IMG/VR virus record: IMGVR_UViG_3300045912_000522
Location: 1 to 58,729 of that record
Strand: one strand, 5' to 3'
DNA length: 58,729 nucleotides
Source: a virus
Lineage: Duplodnaviria > Caudoviricetes
The position numbers and the translations under genes were made by a program. The first letter of the stretch is position 1. Every line of letters starts with the position of its first letter. Positions 18,446 through 27,204 of this stretch are shown here, piece by piece. The notes under the pieces are model-generated. The model searched no databases. It was not told the origin of the DNA and saw only the letters and a list, made by a program, of their open reading frames with translations.

Positions 18446-18519
18446 GGTCAGGGGCTGGATTCGGACCAGCGTTCTTCGGCTTATGAGGCCGACGAGATAG
18501 ACCACTTCTCCACCCTGAC
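18446..18519 (-). tRNA. tRNA with CAT anticodon (Met/fMet-like or Ile2)
   Basis: GTCAGGG/CCCTGAC acceptor, GAGA/TCTC D stem, TCGGC-CTCATAA-GCCGA, T-loop TCCGAAT. Confidence 0.8.
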
Positions 18520-18582
18520 GGACACGGCTTCGGGACCTGCCCCCTGCAAACTACGCCCGCTCTCCAGCGGAGCCGTATCTCC

Positions 18583-18611
18583 ATTCTAGCCATCAAGCTG
18601 CCGCCTGTCAA
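18583..18611 (-). promoter_or_regulatory. Near-consensus sigma70 promoter of tRNA operon
   Basis: TTGACA-N17-TAGAAT; GTTCAAC box at 18619. Confidence 0.75.
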
Positions 18612-18694
18612 GCTTGGGGTTCAACCGATGGCAGTAGCCGCGAGCCGGTATCAACAAAGCCTCGTCCGCGCCTGCCCGACCAGGGAACTCATCA

Positions 18695-18900
18695 TCCAAT
18701 ATGGCGTCCAATATACGCGGCGACATTTCAGTTCAACCGGAAGCAAGCAGACCTCCTTCAGGTTGTCCTGCTTCACCCACCAGACGCAACAAAAAAGCCT
18801 GGTAGGTTACCTACCAGGCTAATTCCGTGTTAACACGCTGCGGCAGAATTCGTGCCTAATCAGGCCGATTTCTGGTCCTCATCCAATATCCGTCCATTAT
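18695..18900. other. Putative attP
   Basis: Paired arm-type repeats TCCAATAT (18695, 18707) and TCCAATAT/TCCATTAT (18882, 18893) flanking the int 3' end. Confidence 0.6.
18791..18820 (-). terminator. Rho-independent terminator after int
   Basis: AGCCTGGTAG..CTACCAGGCT hairpin followed by a T tract on the minus strand. Confidence 0.8.
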
Positions 18901-20050
18901 TGGGGTCGGTCCCCGACAGCGCCGCATCCAATCGCGCCGCCGCCGCCGCGAAGTGCTCCGGTAGCGCGTGGCCGTAGCGCTGCAGCGTGAATGCTGGCGA
19001 GTGGTGTCCCAAAATCTCCTGCACGACCTTCGGGTTCTCCCCCCGGCCAAACAGGCTCGTGGCACAGGAGTGACGCAGACAGTGGAAGCGCCGCGTCGGT
19101 AACTGGAGCCGATCCGCCAGCGCCGCGAAGGCGTCGGAGAGGTTGCCCGGTCGCCAGAGGCTGCCATCATCCCTCGGGCACACCAGCCCATTGTCGGCAA
19201 ACGTCGGGCCGTTCAAGAGGCGGAGCTGCGCCAGTTCTCCGCGCCACCGCCGCAGCTCGGTGGCAACGAACGCCGGCAGGGGCACTTTCCTCGACTTGCC
19301 CGATTTCGGGGGTTTCAGCCGCAATCCGCTCGCCTTTGTCTCTTCCACGGCCCACCGTATCGTGACTGTGCCTGCGGCCTCGTCCACATCGGCCCAGTGG
19401 AGGCCGCATACCTCGCCACACCGAAGGCCCAGGCCCGCTCCAAGGACGCAGGCCATTCGCAACCGGCCCGACGTCGCGTGCAGTATCCGCCGCAGCTCCG
19501 CCTCCGAGAACGCCTCCACGTTGGGCAGCGGGGCCTTCGGTAGCGCGACGAGCACCGCCGGGTTGCGCTGGAGCCGACCGCGCCTGACGCCATCATTCAA
19601 TGCTGTCCGCAAGAGCACGAGATAGTGTCGCGCGCTCGTGGCGGAGAGCGGCCCGGCCTTTCCGTCCTTCCGCCCGCCGGGGCTCATCAGCCCGACGAGC
19701 CACCGCTCCACGTCCTCCGGCCGCAGTTTGTCCAGTGCCACCTCCCCTATCGTCGGTATCACCTGGCGCTCGAACGCGCACCGATACACCTGCAGCGCCT
19801 TCGGGGACAGCCGCAGCGCCCCCGTCGTCTCCAGCCAGGTCGTCAGGTAGTCGCGCAGCGTCTCGCCGGACGCCGGCCGCGCGGTGCCGGCGGCGAGATC
19901 GGCCAACATCTGGTTCAACAGCCGTTGCGCCGCCCGCTTGCCCTCTCTGGTTGTCTTCGACCGATACCGGGGCTTGCCCCGTTCATCCTTGCCCAGGTAG
20001 ACAATCACCTCCAGGACGCCGGGGCTCTTCTCTCTGATGTGCCCTCTCAT
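18860..20050 (-). CDS. int: Tyrosine integrase
   Basis: GLRCGEV, PKS, FHCLRHS, LGH, Y catalytic residues; N-terminal arm-binding domain. Confidence 0.93.
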   Translation of the reverse strand: MRGHIREKSPGVLEVIVYLGKDERGKPRYRSKTTREGKRAAQRLLNQMLADLAAGTARPASGETLRDYLTTWLETTGALRLSPKALQVYRCAFERQVIPTIGEVALDKLRPEDVERWLVGLMSPGGRKDGKAGPLSATSARHYLVLLRTALNDGVRRGRLQRNPAVLVALPKAPLPNVEAFSEAELRRILHATSGRLRMACVLGAGLGLRCGEVCGLHWADVDEAAGTVTIRWAVEETKASGLRLKPPKSGKSRKVPLPAFVATELRRWRGELAQLRLLNGPTFADNGLVCPRDDGSLWRPGNLSDAFAALADRLQLPTRRFHCLRHSCATSLFGRGENPKVVQEILGHHSPAFTLQRYGHALPEHFAAAAARLDAALSGTDPNNGRILDEDQKSA

Positions 20051-21181
20051 TCGAATCTGCTCCTCTCGTTCATCTCGCGGCCCTCCTTTCGCCGCTACTT
20101 GAACTATACGCTGCTAGTCTACTGGTTTGGCGAGCGTCAGTGCAAGTCCTTCCGGCCGGGAGTTCGCCTGTTTGCTTGGATTTCAAAAAAAAGTTGATCC
20201 GACTCGTTGCTACTACGGTCGTCACATCGGTAGAACTTGAACTGTCCGGTGGATAGTGGCCAGAAGTCCAACTATGGCCCGCGAGTTGCAGAGGGCAGAG
20301 ATCAGAAGCGGCATGAACAAGTGGGCAGGCCCGCCCTGCTCTCCTGTCTCATCGATGCCGATAAGACGGAGAGCAAAGGAAGGAGGAAGATATGGCGAGT
20401 GCAGAAAGCAAGCGACCTGACGTGGATACGCGCGAGTTCCCAGTGGCCCAGATTACCATCCCCGAGGGGCGGCGCTCGGTCTACGGTATCGAGGCTCTTG
20501 CGGACAGCATGGAGCGCCACGGGCTGCTTCAACCGATTGGCCTTCGGAGCGACGGCAAGTTGATCTATGGTCACCGCCGCTACCTGGGAGCCCTCCGAAA
20601 GGGATGGAAGACTATCTCGGCTCGGATCTACCCGGAGACCGTTAGCGACACTGCGGCACGGGTGATGGAGATCATCGAGAACCTGCAGCGACAGGACCTG
20701 ACCGCACTACAGAAGGCGGAGCAGACTGCCGAGCTACAGCGGATCTATGAGAAGGAGTATCCAGAGACGAAGCACGGGGCAACGGGCTCGGCCAAGGTCA
20801 ACGCCCAAAGATGGGGGATCGAAGATGGTGGAACACCATCTTCGATCGAGGCTCCGGTCCCACCCTTCCGCGAGGTAGCTACTTCCATCCTCGGCGTGAA
20901 GGACCCTGGCACCGTCAATCGCTACATCCGAGCGGCAGAAAGGCTGAAACCGGAGACCAAGGCGTTCGCCGAGGGGACCAAACTGGAAGATCAGATCGAG
21001 GCCCTTCACGAGATCAGCTTCCGTGAGACCGCCGAAGAGCAGATTGCGGCGGCGCAGACTTTGCTTGATGGCAAGGACACGATCACCGGGCTTGCCGAGA
21101 GACGGCGGGACCAACAGGGAGCGCGGCGGGCGCAGTCTCGCCATGCTGCTGACGGCGTGACGAGCCAGGAACAACCATCCT

Positions 21182-22430
21182 GTAAGCTACCCCGCCGCTA
21201 AAGCGGGGGGCATTTGCAGCTCCCCAGCGGCGTGGCTTGCCGATCGAACCGCGTCGGCGTGCGGCCGGCTTACGACGGCCCAGCCCCGAACGCGAATGTT
21301 CAGGGCTGCGATCAGATCGGCGAGCCCAGCGAAGCCGCACGACTGACACTGGAAGGTGGCCTGGTTCGGCCGGTTCTCTTTGGCGCAGTGTCCGCAGGAA
21401 GGACACGTCCGCGAGGTGTTGCGGGGATCAACGAAGACGACGCGGACGCCCGCGAGCTTCGCCTTGTACTCGAGGAAGGAGCGGAGTTGAAAGAACGACC
21501 AGGAATGGAGCGTGGCCCGCTGGGGCTTCCGAGCCCGAACCCGCGAACGGATGCCGTGGAGGTCTTCCAGGGCAATCGCTCGCTTCGTGCGTTGAGCCTC
21601 GGCCACGATCCGTTTCGAGAGGTTATGGTTCACCCAGGTCGCGAAGCGGCGCTCTTTCCGCCGTCGCTTCTTGAGGAGCCGGAGTTTCGACCAGGTGCGC
21701 TTCGTCTGCAGACGGCGTCTGATGCGACGATGGCGGGCACGCAGAGAGTTCACGTGCGAGCCGGAGTGGCGGTTCCCGTCGCTATCGACGGCGATGTTCA
21801 CGACACCGAGATCAACGCCGATCACGTCCTCGATCGCGCCCTCGGGCGGTTCCTCGACGTTGACGGTGGCGAAGAGGTAGAACGCGCCGCCCCGGTAGAC
21901 GAGATCGCTCTCGCCCTGGCGGAAGGCCAGCAGCCGGCGCGTTCGGTCGTCGCAAACGAAGGCGATGGAGCGCCGGCCCCCGAGGGTCCAGATGGAAACG
22001 CGGTCGCTCCCGTAGCGGAGGATACGGTCGTCGTAGGCGATGGCGCCGTGACGGCGAAAGACACGGAGGCGCGTGCGGTCGAGCTTGTAGGCGTCTACAA
22101 CCTTGGAGGTGACGCGGACGACAAGTTGCGCCGTCAGGCCGAAGCGAGCCTTGATCTCGTAGTAGGTGGCCTTCTGAAGCGCGAATTGTCCGAAGGTGCG
22201 CGTTTCCCAGGCCGTCTCGCTGATGGCGTTGGCGGCGTCGTTGGCACGCTCCAGGGTCGCCAGGAGAGCGGCGTGATCTTCGGGCGTGGTCACGAGCTTC
22301 AGTTGGACGGTCAGCTTCACACGTCTATTATAGACGAGCGGCGCGTTGCTGTCAAGCACGCGGCGGGCGCATTCCTCCCCATCCCTGAAGGGAGGGGCTT
22401 CCTGCGCTCTCGATTTCGGAGGGTTTTTCG
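21182..22430 (-). mobile_element. IS200/IS605-family tnpB-only element 3
   Basis: TCAC|CGAAAAACCC left end; ...GGTAGCTTAC right end; close paralog of element 2. Confidence 0.9.
21187..22320 (-). CDS. tnpB: TnpB RNA-guided nuclease
   Basis: Intact RuvC D-E-D and zinc ribbon; TTGACA-N17-TATAAT 6 nt before GTG. Confidence 0.93.
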   Translation of the reverse strand: MKLTVQLKLVTTPEDHAALLATLERANDAANAISETAWETRTFGQFALQKATYYEIKARFGLTAQLVVRVTSKVVDAYKLDRTRLRVFRRHGAIAYDDRILRYGSDRVSIWTLGGRRSIAFVCDDRTRRLLAFRQGESDLVYRGGAFYLFATVNVEEPPEGAIEDVIGVDLGVVNIAVDSDGNRHSGSHVNSLRARHRRIRRRLQTKRTWSKLRLLKKRRRKERRFATWVNHNLSKRIVAEAQRTKRAIALEDLHGIRSRVRARKPQRATLHSWSFFQLRSFLEYKAKLAGVRVVFVDPRNTSRTCPSCGHCAKENRPNQATFQCQSCGFAGLADLIAALNIRVRGWAVVSRPHADAVRSASHAAGELQMPPALAAG

Positions 22431-22734
22431 GTGAAAATGCCGAGCAGAAAGAGGAACGCCTCCCGAACTGGCTCGCGAAGCCCGCCCGGAACTACGTTGC
22501 GCTCTGCCGCACGGATACGCCTACCGATAGAGACCGAGAGAAGCTTCGGGACCCCAACCGGACAGTGGTCGTTCATTGCCGCGAGGCGATGGATGGCGCG
22601 CGTGCGCTCTCCGACCTCTGGCTGAAGCGAGGATGGGAAATCTTCATCTTTGCCTGCCTGGAAGAGTCGGCCGACGACAGCCTTGATCGATTTGCCCAGA
22701 AGATCACCGAGATCAAGGACCGAAGAGGAAAGAG

Positions 22735-23637
22735 ATGAGACGAACGGTGAAGCACCAGAGCCCCAGACGCATCATCATCACGACGGATGGTGGCGACACG
22801 CACACTTTCGACGCCGACAAGACGACATGCGTCTTTCAGATGGATCACGATGGCCAGACACTCAACTTCGAGTATGGCTTCATCGACCTGGAGCTGATTG
22901 ACGAGATCCCGCCGGAGTTGCAGCGCCGCTTCAGGCCCAGATTCGCGGAGAAGATCCGAGCCACATTCGACTGGCGCAAGGTTCGCCTGGCTGCTTGTCG
23001 GCGACAGGACGGCACCAAGGGCCTCGTGAGTGGGCAGCACTGCGGGACAGAGACCAGGGGCAAAGGATACACGCACTGGCCGGGGCAGATCGTTCCCGTC
23101 AGCGACGCCAAGGATGAGGCCTGGCTCTATGATGGCTACAACGATGCCGGCCACAAGAAGCCGTCGGACACGACACGCGTCAAGGTCTGGACCGGTGATC
23201 CGCAACTGAAGGCCGCCGTGGAGCTGGCTCGTTCGGAGTGTTTCGTCTACCAGACCGCTCGCGCGTGGAATAACATCACGGACCCCACCATACTTGCCAA
23301 ACTCATCAGCGCTCACGGCGAGCAGCACGTCCGCGATGTGCTGCGCTATATTGCGGGTGCCTGGGAGGGCAAGTCGGGAGCGTGCTATCTTCAGAATCTC
23401 TACGCTATCAGCTACCTCCTTCGGAATTGGAGAACTCCGGCCGGAAAGTTCCCTCATTCGGAAGTGCTCAAGGCGCTCCGATCGCTGAATCCACGAACTC
23501 TGGCAGCAGCGACGGCGGACGCGAAATACGGAACCGACAGTAACGTGGAGAAGATGGGCGAGAAGATCGCGCGATACATCGCCGAGGGCGTCTTCAATCC
23601 ACGGAAGAAGGAAGAGAACAAGCTCCGCCACACGTAG
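22735..23637 (+). CDS. Divergent ParB/Srx-fold-like protein
   Basis: LQR..R..KIRATFDW, VSGQH motif; ATGA-coupled to ParB. Confidence 0.5.
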   Translation: MRRTVKHQSPRRIIITTDGGDTHTFDADKTTCVFQMDHDGQTLNFEYGFIDLELIDEIPPELQRRFRPRFAEKIRATFDWRKVRLAACRRQDGTKGLVSGQHCGTETRGKGYTHWPGQIVPVSDAKDEAWLYDGYNDAGHKKPSDTTRVKVWTGDPQLKAAVELARSECFVYQTARAWNNITDPTILAKLISAHGEQHVRDVLRYIAGAWEGKSGACYLQNLYAISYLLRNWRTPAGKFPHSEVLKALRSLNPRTLAAATADAKYGTDSNVEKMGEKIARYIAEGVFNPRKKEENKLRHT

Positions 23638-23653
23638 GCTGAAGGACAAACCA

Positions 23654-24010
23654 ATGGCAACCCATGCCCCCACGGTGCGCGACCTCTCCGAACTCGCGCC
23701 CGTCTTGACCATCGAGCAAGTCGCCGATGTGCTCCAGCTCGGTCGCGCCAAGGTCTACGAACTGGTGCGCTCCGGCGAGCTGCCGGCGGCACGGCTCGGC
23801 TCACACTACAGGGTGCTGCGCCGCTCCCTCGCCGCCTACCTGGGCTGCGACGACACCGACCTCACCGATGCCCGCGAGAAGCGGCGCGAGGAGGTTGACG
23901 CCCTCCTCGCGAGATACCGCCTCGCGCAGGATGAGGTATCGCGCGTCACCGCACGCCTCCTCGAACTCGGCGTGGCGGTCGCCGAGCCCGCCCCGCACGC
24001 CTCCCGCTAG
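23654..24010 (+). CDS. Excisionase-like HTH protein
   Basis: LTIEQVADVLQLGRAKVYELVRSGELPAARLGSHYRV. Confidence 0.8.
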   Translation: MATHAPTVRDLSELAPVLTIEQVADVLQLGRAKVYELVRSGELPAARLGSHYRVLRRSLAAYLGCDDTDLTDAREKRREEVDALLARYRLAQDEVSRVTARLLELGVAVAEPAPHASR

Positions 24011-24232
24011 CCCCTCTGCCGGCGGCACCCTTCCCGCCGCCGGCTCCCCTCGCCCCAGCCTACTCTCGCCGCGCGTCTGCTGCGCACCAGTTCACTCGCT
24101 TGCTATCTTTCCAACAAAAAGTTCAAACGACCCCTTGCACTTACAGATGTCGCTCCGGTAAGTTGAACTATACCTTCTCTCCACGAGAGGAGTTGAAGCA
24201 GCCGGAACGCACTACCGACACAGGAGAAAGCA

Positions 24233-24460
24233 ATGAGACCGAAACTCGACCGGTTCAAGCCCGGAGCGCAGGTGCGCGTGTATGTGCAGTCCTTACCGCC
24301 TGTTGAAGGCACCGTGACCGGGATCTGCGAGCGCGGGTTCTATATGGACGCACCGCGCGCGTTGTTCAGTTGCGGGATGGAAGAGACCGCCCCGCCGCAC
24401 GAGAGGTTCTTCGGGTGGGGCCTCTTCCAGAGTGCGACCTTGCTGAAGGAAGCGCCGTAG
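24233..24460 (+). CDS. Hypothetical small beta-rich protein
   Basis: RBS AGGAG; downstream of promoter and boxes at 24162/24192. Confidence 0.6.
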   Translation: MRPKLDRFKPGAQVRVYVQSLPPVEGTVTGICERGFYMDAPRALFSCGMEETAPPHERFFGWGLFQSATLLKEAP

Positions 24461-24539
24461 TTCAACAAGCGGCTCCGCGACCGGAGCCGCCGCATACTCA
24501 CTCACTCGCAAAACACGCGACGACCAAGGGGACACGCAC

Positions 24540-25127
24540 TTGAAGACGCGACTTTCACTTCGCACACTGGCCCTGGCCGCCGTTCTGGCTCTGACCGGAG
24601 CGCCTCACGTGCAGGCCACGAGCCCTTCGTTCCCGCCGGACATCAGCACGACGAAGGTGGGGACACCGACGCAGGACGGCCTCTTCCAGTGGGAGTGGGA
24701 CGTGTTCGCCGGACAGAAGCCGGCCCTCTCTCACTGGGTGCTGATGGACTTGTGCGCCGACGTCTACGCCGACATCGTGCCGGGCTCCCTCTACGGCGGC
24801 ACGAACTACGAGTTCGGCCCTGACCCGACGACCGCCACGACGGGCCTGAAGTTCGAGGTGAACCTCAACGACCTCGGCCACGGCCTGTTCGGGTTCAAGA
24901 CCGAGAAGCAGTGGGAGCCGGGGCTCTACGACGTGGCGTTCAAGTCCGGCCAGAACGTGACCTTCCAGTCCAACGTCGTCGGTCCATCCTGCGAGGAGGT
25001 GCCGTGCGAGCCTCCGGCACACGCCCCCGAGCCCGCCACGGCGGGGCTCCTCGGCCTCGGGCTGTTCGGACTCTGCCGACGCCGGCTGCCGGCGCGGTTC
25101 CCGGTGCTGCGAGGACGGCGAGCCTAG
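24540..25127 (+). CDS. Secreted PEP-CTERM sorting-domain protein
   Basis: Signal peptide, then C-terminal APEPATAGLLGLGLFGLCRRR. Confidence 0.8.
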   Translation: MKTRLSLRTLALAAVLALTGAPHVQATSPSFPPDISTTKVGTPTQDGLFQWEWDVFAGQKPALSHWVLMDLCADVYADIVPGSLYGGTNYEFGPDPTTATTGLKFEVNLNDLGHGLFGFKTEKQWEPGLYDVAFKSGQNVTFQSNVVGPSCEEVPCEPPAHAPEPATAGLLGLGLFGLCRRRLPARFPVLRGRRA

Positions 25128-25177
25128 GTGCCACGGCAGCGCCCTGCCCGGCGCTGCTCGCAGAGAGGGAGGCGACG

Positions 25178-25477
25178 ATGGAACAGACGAACGGCAGACT
25201 CGAACCGACCTATCGCGTAATCGCCAGCAATACGCACAAGGAAGTCGTCTGGCGGAAGGGACTGACGCTGGAGCAGGCGCAGTCGGTGAGGGAATCGCTG
25301 GCCTGGGATCCGCGCACCTGGTTCCTGCTCACGCGGATCGAGGAGGAGGAGCCGGTCGTCGAGCCCACTCCGTGCCCCCAGGCGGGAGACCCCTCCCACA
25401 TCGGCTGGTATTGTCCGGCGTGCGTCCACGCCGAGCCGACGCCGATACCGGTGGACGCCGATGACCCGCGGCGATGA
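25178..25477 (+). CDS. Hypothetical protein with C-terminal Cys/His cluster
   Basis: RBS GGGAGG; CP..H..CPAC. Confidence 0.6.
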   Translation: MEQTNGRLEPTYRVIASNTHKEVVWRKGLTLEQAQSVRESLAWDPRTWFLLTRIEEEEPVVEPTPCPQAGDPSHIGWYCPACVHAEPTPIPVDADDPRR

Positions 25478-25751
25478 CATCCCGGAGACGGGGGACTTCG
25501 TGACCGGGTGGCTGATGGTAATGCGGGCGCGCGCCGTGACGCAGCGGTGGAATGACCGCTATCCGAAACGGCAGGTGCCCGTGGAGTGGGCCGAGGAGGC
25601 GGCGCGAGCGTGGGCGGTGGCGGAGGCGCTCGGCGCGACGGCAGCCGGTCTCGATGCCCAACGCTACATGCTGGAGTTCACCGTCAAACTGCCCATCGAG
25701 CTGATTGAGATGATCTGGAACGGGAGGGACTTCCCCGATGAACTGGATTGA
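25461..25751 (+). CDS. Hypothetical protein
   Basis: Overlaps in operon. Confidence 0.55.
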   Translation: MTRGDDIPETGDFVTGWLMVMRARAVTQRWNDRYPKRQVPVEWAEEAARAWAVAEALGATAAGLDAQRYMLEFTVKLPIELIEMIWNGRDFPDELD

Positions 25752-26376
25752 TGTTGCGGGCTACACCGGCCCTGATCGGCGCCGTGACCTGGAGACGCGA
25801 AAGCGCCTCGACGCGATGAGCCGCGAGGAGCTGCTGCAACTCTTGCTCACCGACCCGCTCACGGGATGTCTCTCCGCCCGCGCCTTCGAGGAGGCGGAGC
25901 GGTTCAACCCAGCGCGCTGCTATTGCGTGTGGGACGTGGACAGCCTCAAGTGGCTGAACGACACCTATGGCCACGAAGCCGGTGACGCGCTCCTGCAGGC
26001 CTTCGCCCGCGCGGCCTTCGAAGAGGGGCTCCTCCTCTACCGCACCGGCGGCGACGAGTTCGTCCTGCGCGTCGAGACGGACTGGAGCCGAAACGAGACC
26101 TGGCGGCGGCTGGTCGGGCTCCAGGCCCGGTTCCGCCACGCCGTGTTCGCCTGGCGAGACGAGCGCGGCGAGCTGCACGCCGCGACGGGCGCGGGCGCGT
26201 CGTTCGGCTTTGCCGCCGAGCGGGCCGAGGCGGAGGCCCACCTGCGGCGGATGAAGGCCCTGCGGACGATGGCCGGTTCGCGGGCGGAGCGCGGCGAGCG
26301 GCCCCGAACGCTGCGGGTGCTGTCGGAGGCCGCCACGGTGGCGCACCTCCTGGGCGCGACGTGCGAGGCCGCATGA
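25738..26376 (+). CDS. Stand-alone GGDEF diguanylate cyclase
   Basis: TDPLTG, DVDSLKWLNDTYGHEAGD, YRTGGDEF. Confidence 0.88.
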   Translation: MNWIDVAGYTGPDRRRDLETRKRLDAMSREELLQLLLTDPLTGCLSARAFEEAERFNPARCYCVWDVDSLKWLNDTYGHEAGDALLQAFARAAFEEGLLLYRTGGDEFVLRVETDWSRNETWRRLVGLQARFRHAVFAWRDERGELHAATGAGASFGFAAERAEAEAHLRRMKALRTMAGSRAERGERPRTLRVLSEAATVAHLLGATCEAA

Positions 26377-26654
26377 TGGGGAGCTTCCAGCCCGCCGCGT
26401 GGCAGGTGCGTCGGGCTCGAGTCGCGACCGAACAGTGGAACGAGGAGCACCTCGAGCGCGTCGTTCCGTGGGAATGGGTGGAAGAGGCACTGCTCGCGGG
26501 GCGCTGCTGGAAGGAGTTCGCGGGCCACGACCCGGAGCAATCCGAGCGGGCGCGCCTGCGATACAACGAGTTTGCCCGTAAGCTGCCGGCCGGCCTGCGC
26601 GCCGAGATATGGCCGCAGGAATGGCGCAGCGCGGCCGACGATTTCACGGGCTGA
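26373..26654 (+). CDS. Hypothetical protein
   Basis: ATGA-coupled to GGDEF gene. Confidence 0.55.
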   Translation: MMGSFQPAAWQVRRARVATEQWNEEHLERVVPWEWVEEALLAGRCWKEFAGHDPEQSERARLRYNEFARKLPAGLRAEIWPQEWRSAADDFTG

Positions 26655-26655
26655 C

Positions 26656-27062
26656 AGAATAGAACCCGCCGCAAGCCACGGGGCTTCCAGCCCCAGTGGT
26701 CAGGCGGGGTGAGGGACGCTGCGCGTCCCACGTCCGCCTCCGGCGGCTCGCCCGGCTTCAGCAGCGGTGAGGAATTTGCCGGCCGGGCGAGGAACCTACT
26801 CCCGTTCGGCAGATGAACCGTGTCCAAGGAGCCGCGTCGTGAGCCACGCCGTTCTTCCGTTTGAAACGCGGGGCGTGCCGCGCTGCGAGGGCGGCAGACG
26901 CTACTGGTCGCGCCGAGCGGAAAGTCCGCACAACAAAAACAGCTTGTCGGACCTCGTGTCCGGCAGGTCGGCTGGGACGCAGCCGTTGGGCGTTAACGTG
27001 GGCGCTGTTAGGCCGTGCGTAGCCCAAGAAGCCACGCCGCTTTAGCGGCAGTGGAGCGTCAC
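26656..27062 (+). mobile_element. Non-autonomous IS200/IS605-derived mini-element (no tnpA/tnpB) retaining an omega-RNA-like right end
   Basis: TGAC then left hairpin GCAAGCCACGGGGCTTCCAGCCCCAGTGG; right end AGAAGCCACGCCGCTTTAGCGGCAGTGGAGCGTCAC. Confidence 0.65.
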
Positions 27063-27170
27063 ACCCGGAACCGATGTCCTGCCCAACGGGCAGGGCGGAT
27101 CCCTCCTCTCTGCGATCGGCCGGCCCCGAGAGGGGCCGGCACTTTCTTTCGGTGACGACCAGATTTCCTC

Positions 27171-27199
27171 TTGACTGTTCGTGTGACAGGCGGTATACT
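27171..27199 (+). promoter_or_regulatory. sigma70 promoter
   Basis: TTGACT-N17-TATACT; boxes at 27208 and 27238. Confidence 0.75.
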
Positions 27200-27204
27200 G
27201 CCAT

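Larger units (their letters stand above)
20392..22738 (+). pseudogene. ParB-like protein interrupted by IS element 3 (365 aa if element excised)
   Basis: GLLQPI, LIYGHRRY, EIIENLQRQDLT motifs; joining 21181 to 22431 restores frame (QPS-C-ENAEQ...). Confidence 0.85.

Noticed and set aside
9439-22430. IS elements as IStrons or Cas12f/TldR systems
   Set aside because: There is no room for a group I intron core, two are antisense to the host gene, there is no CRISPR array, and the RuvC triads are intact.
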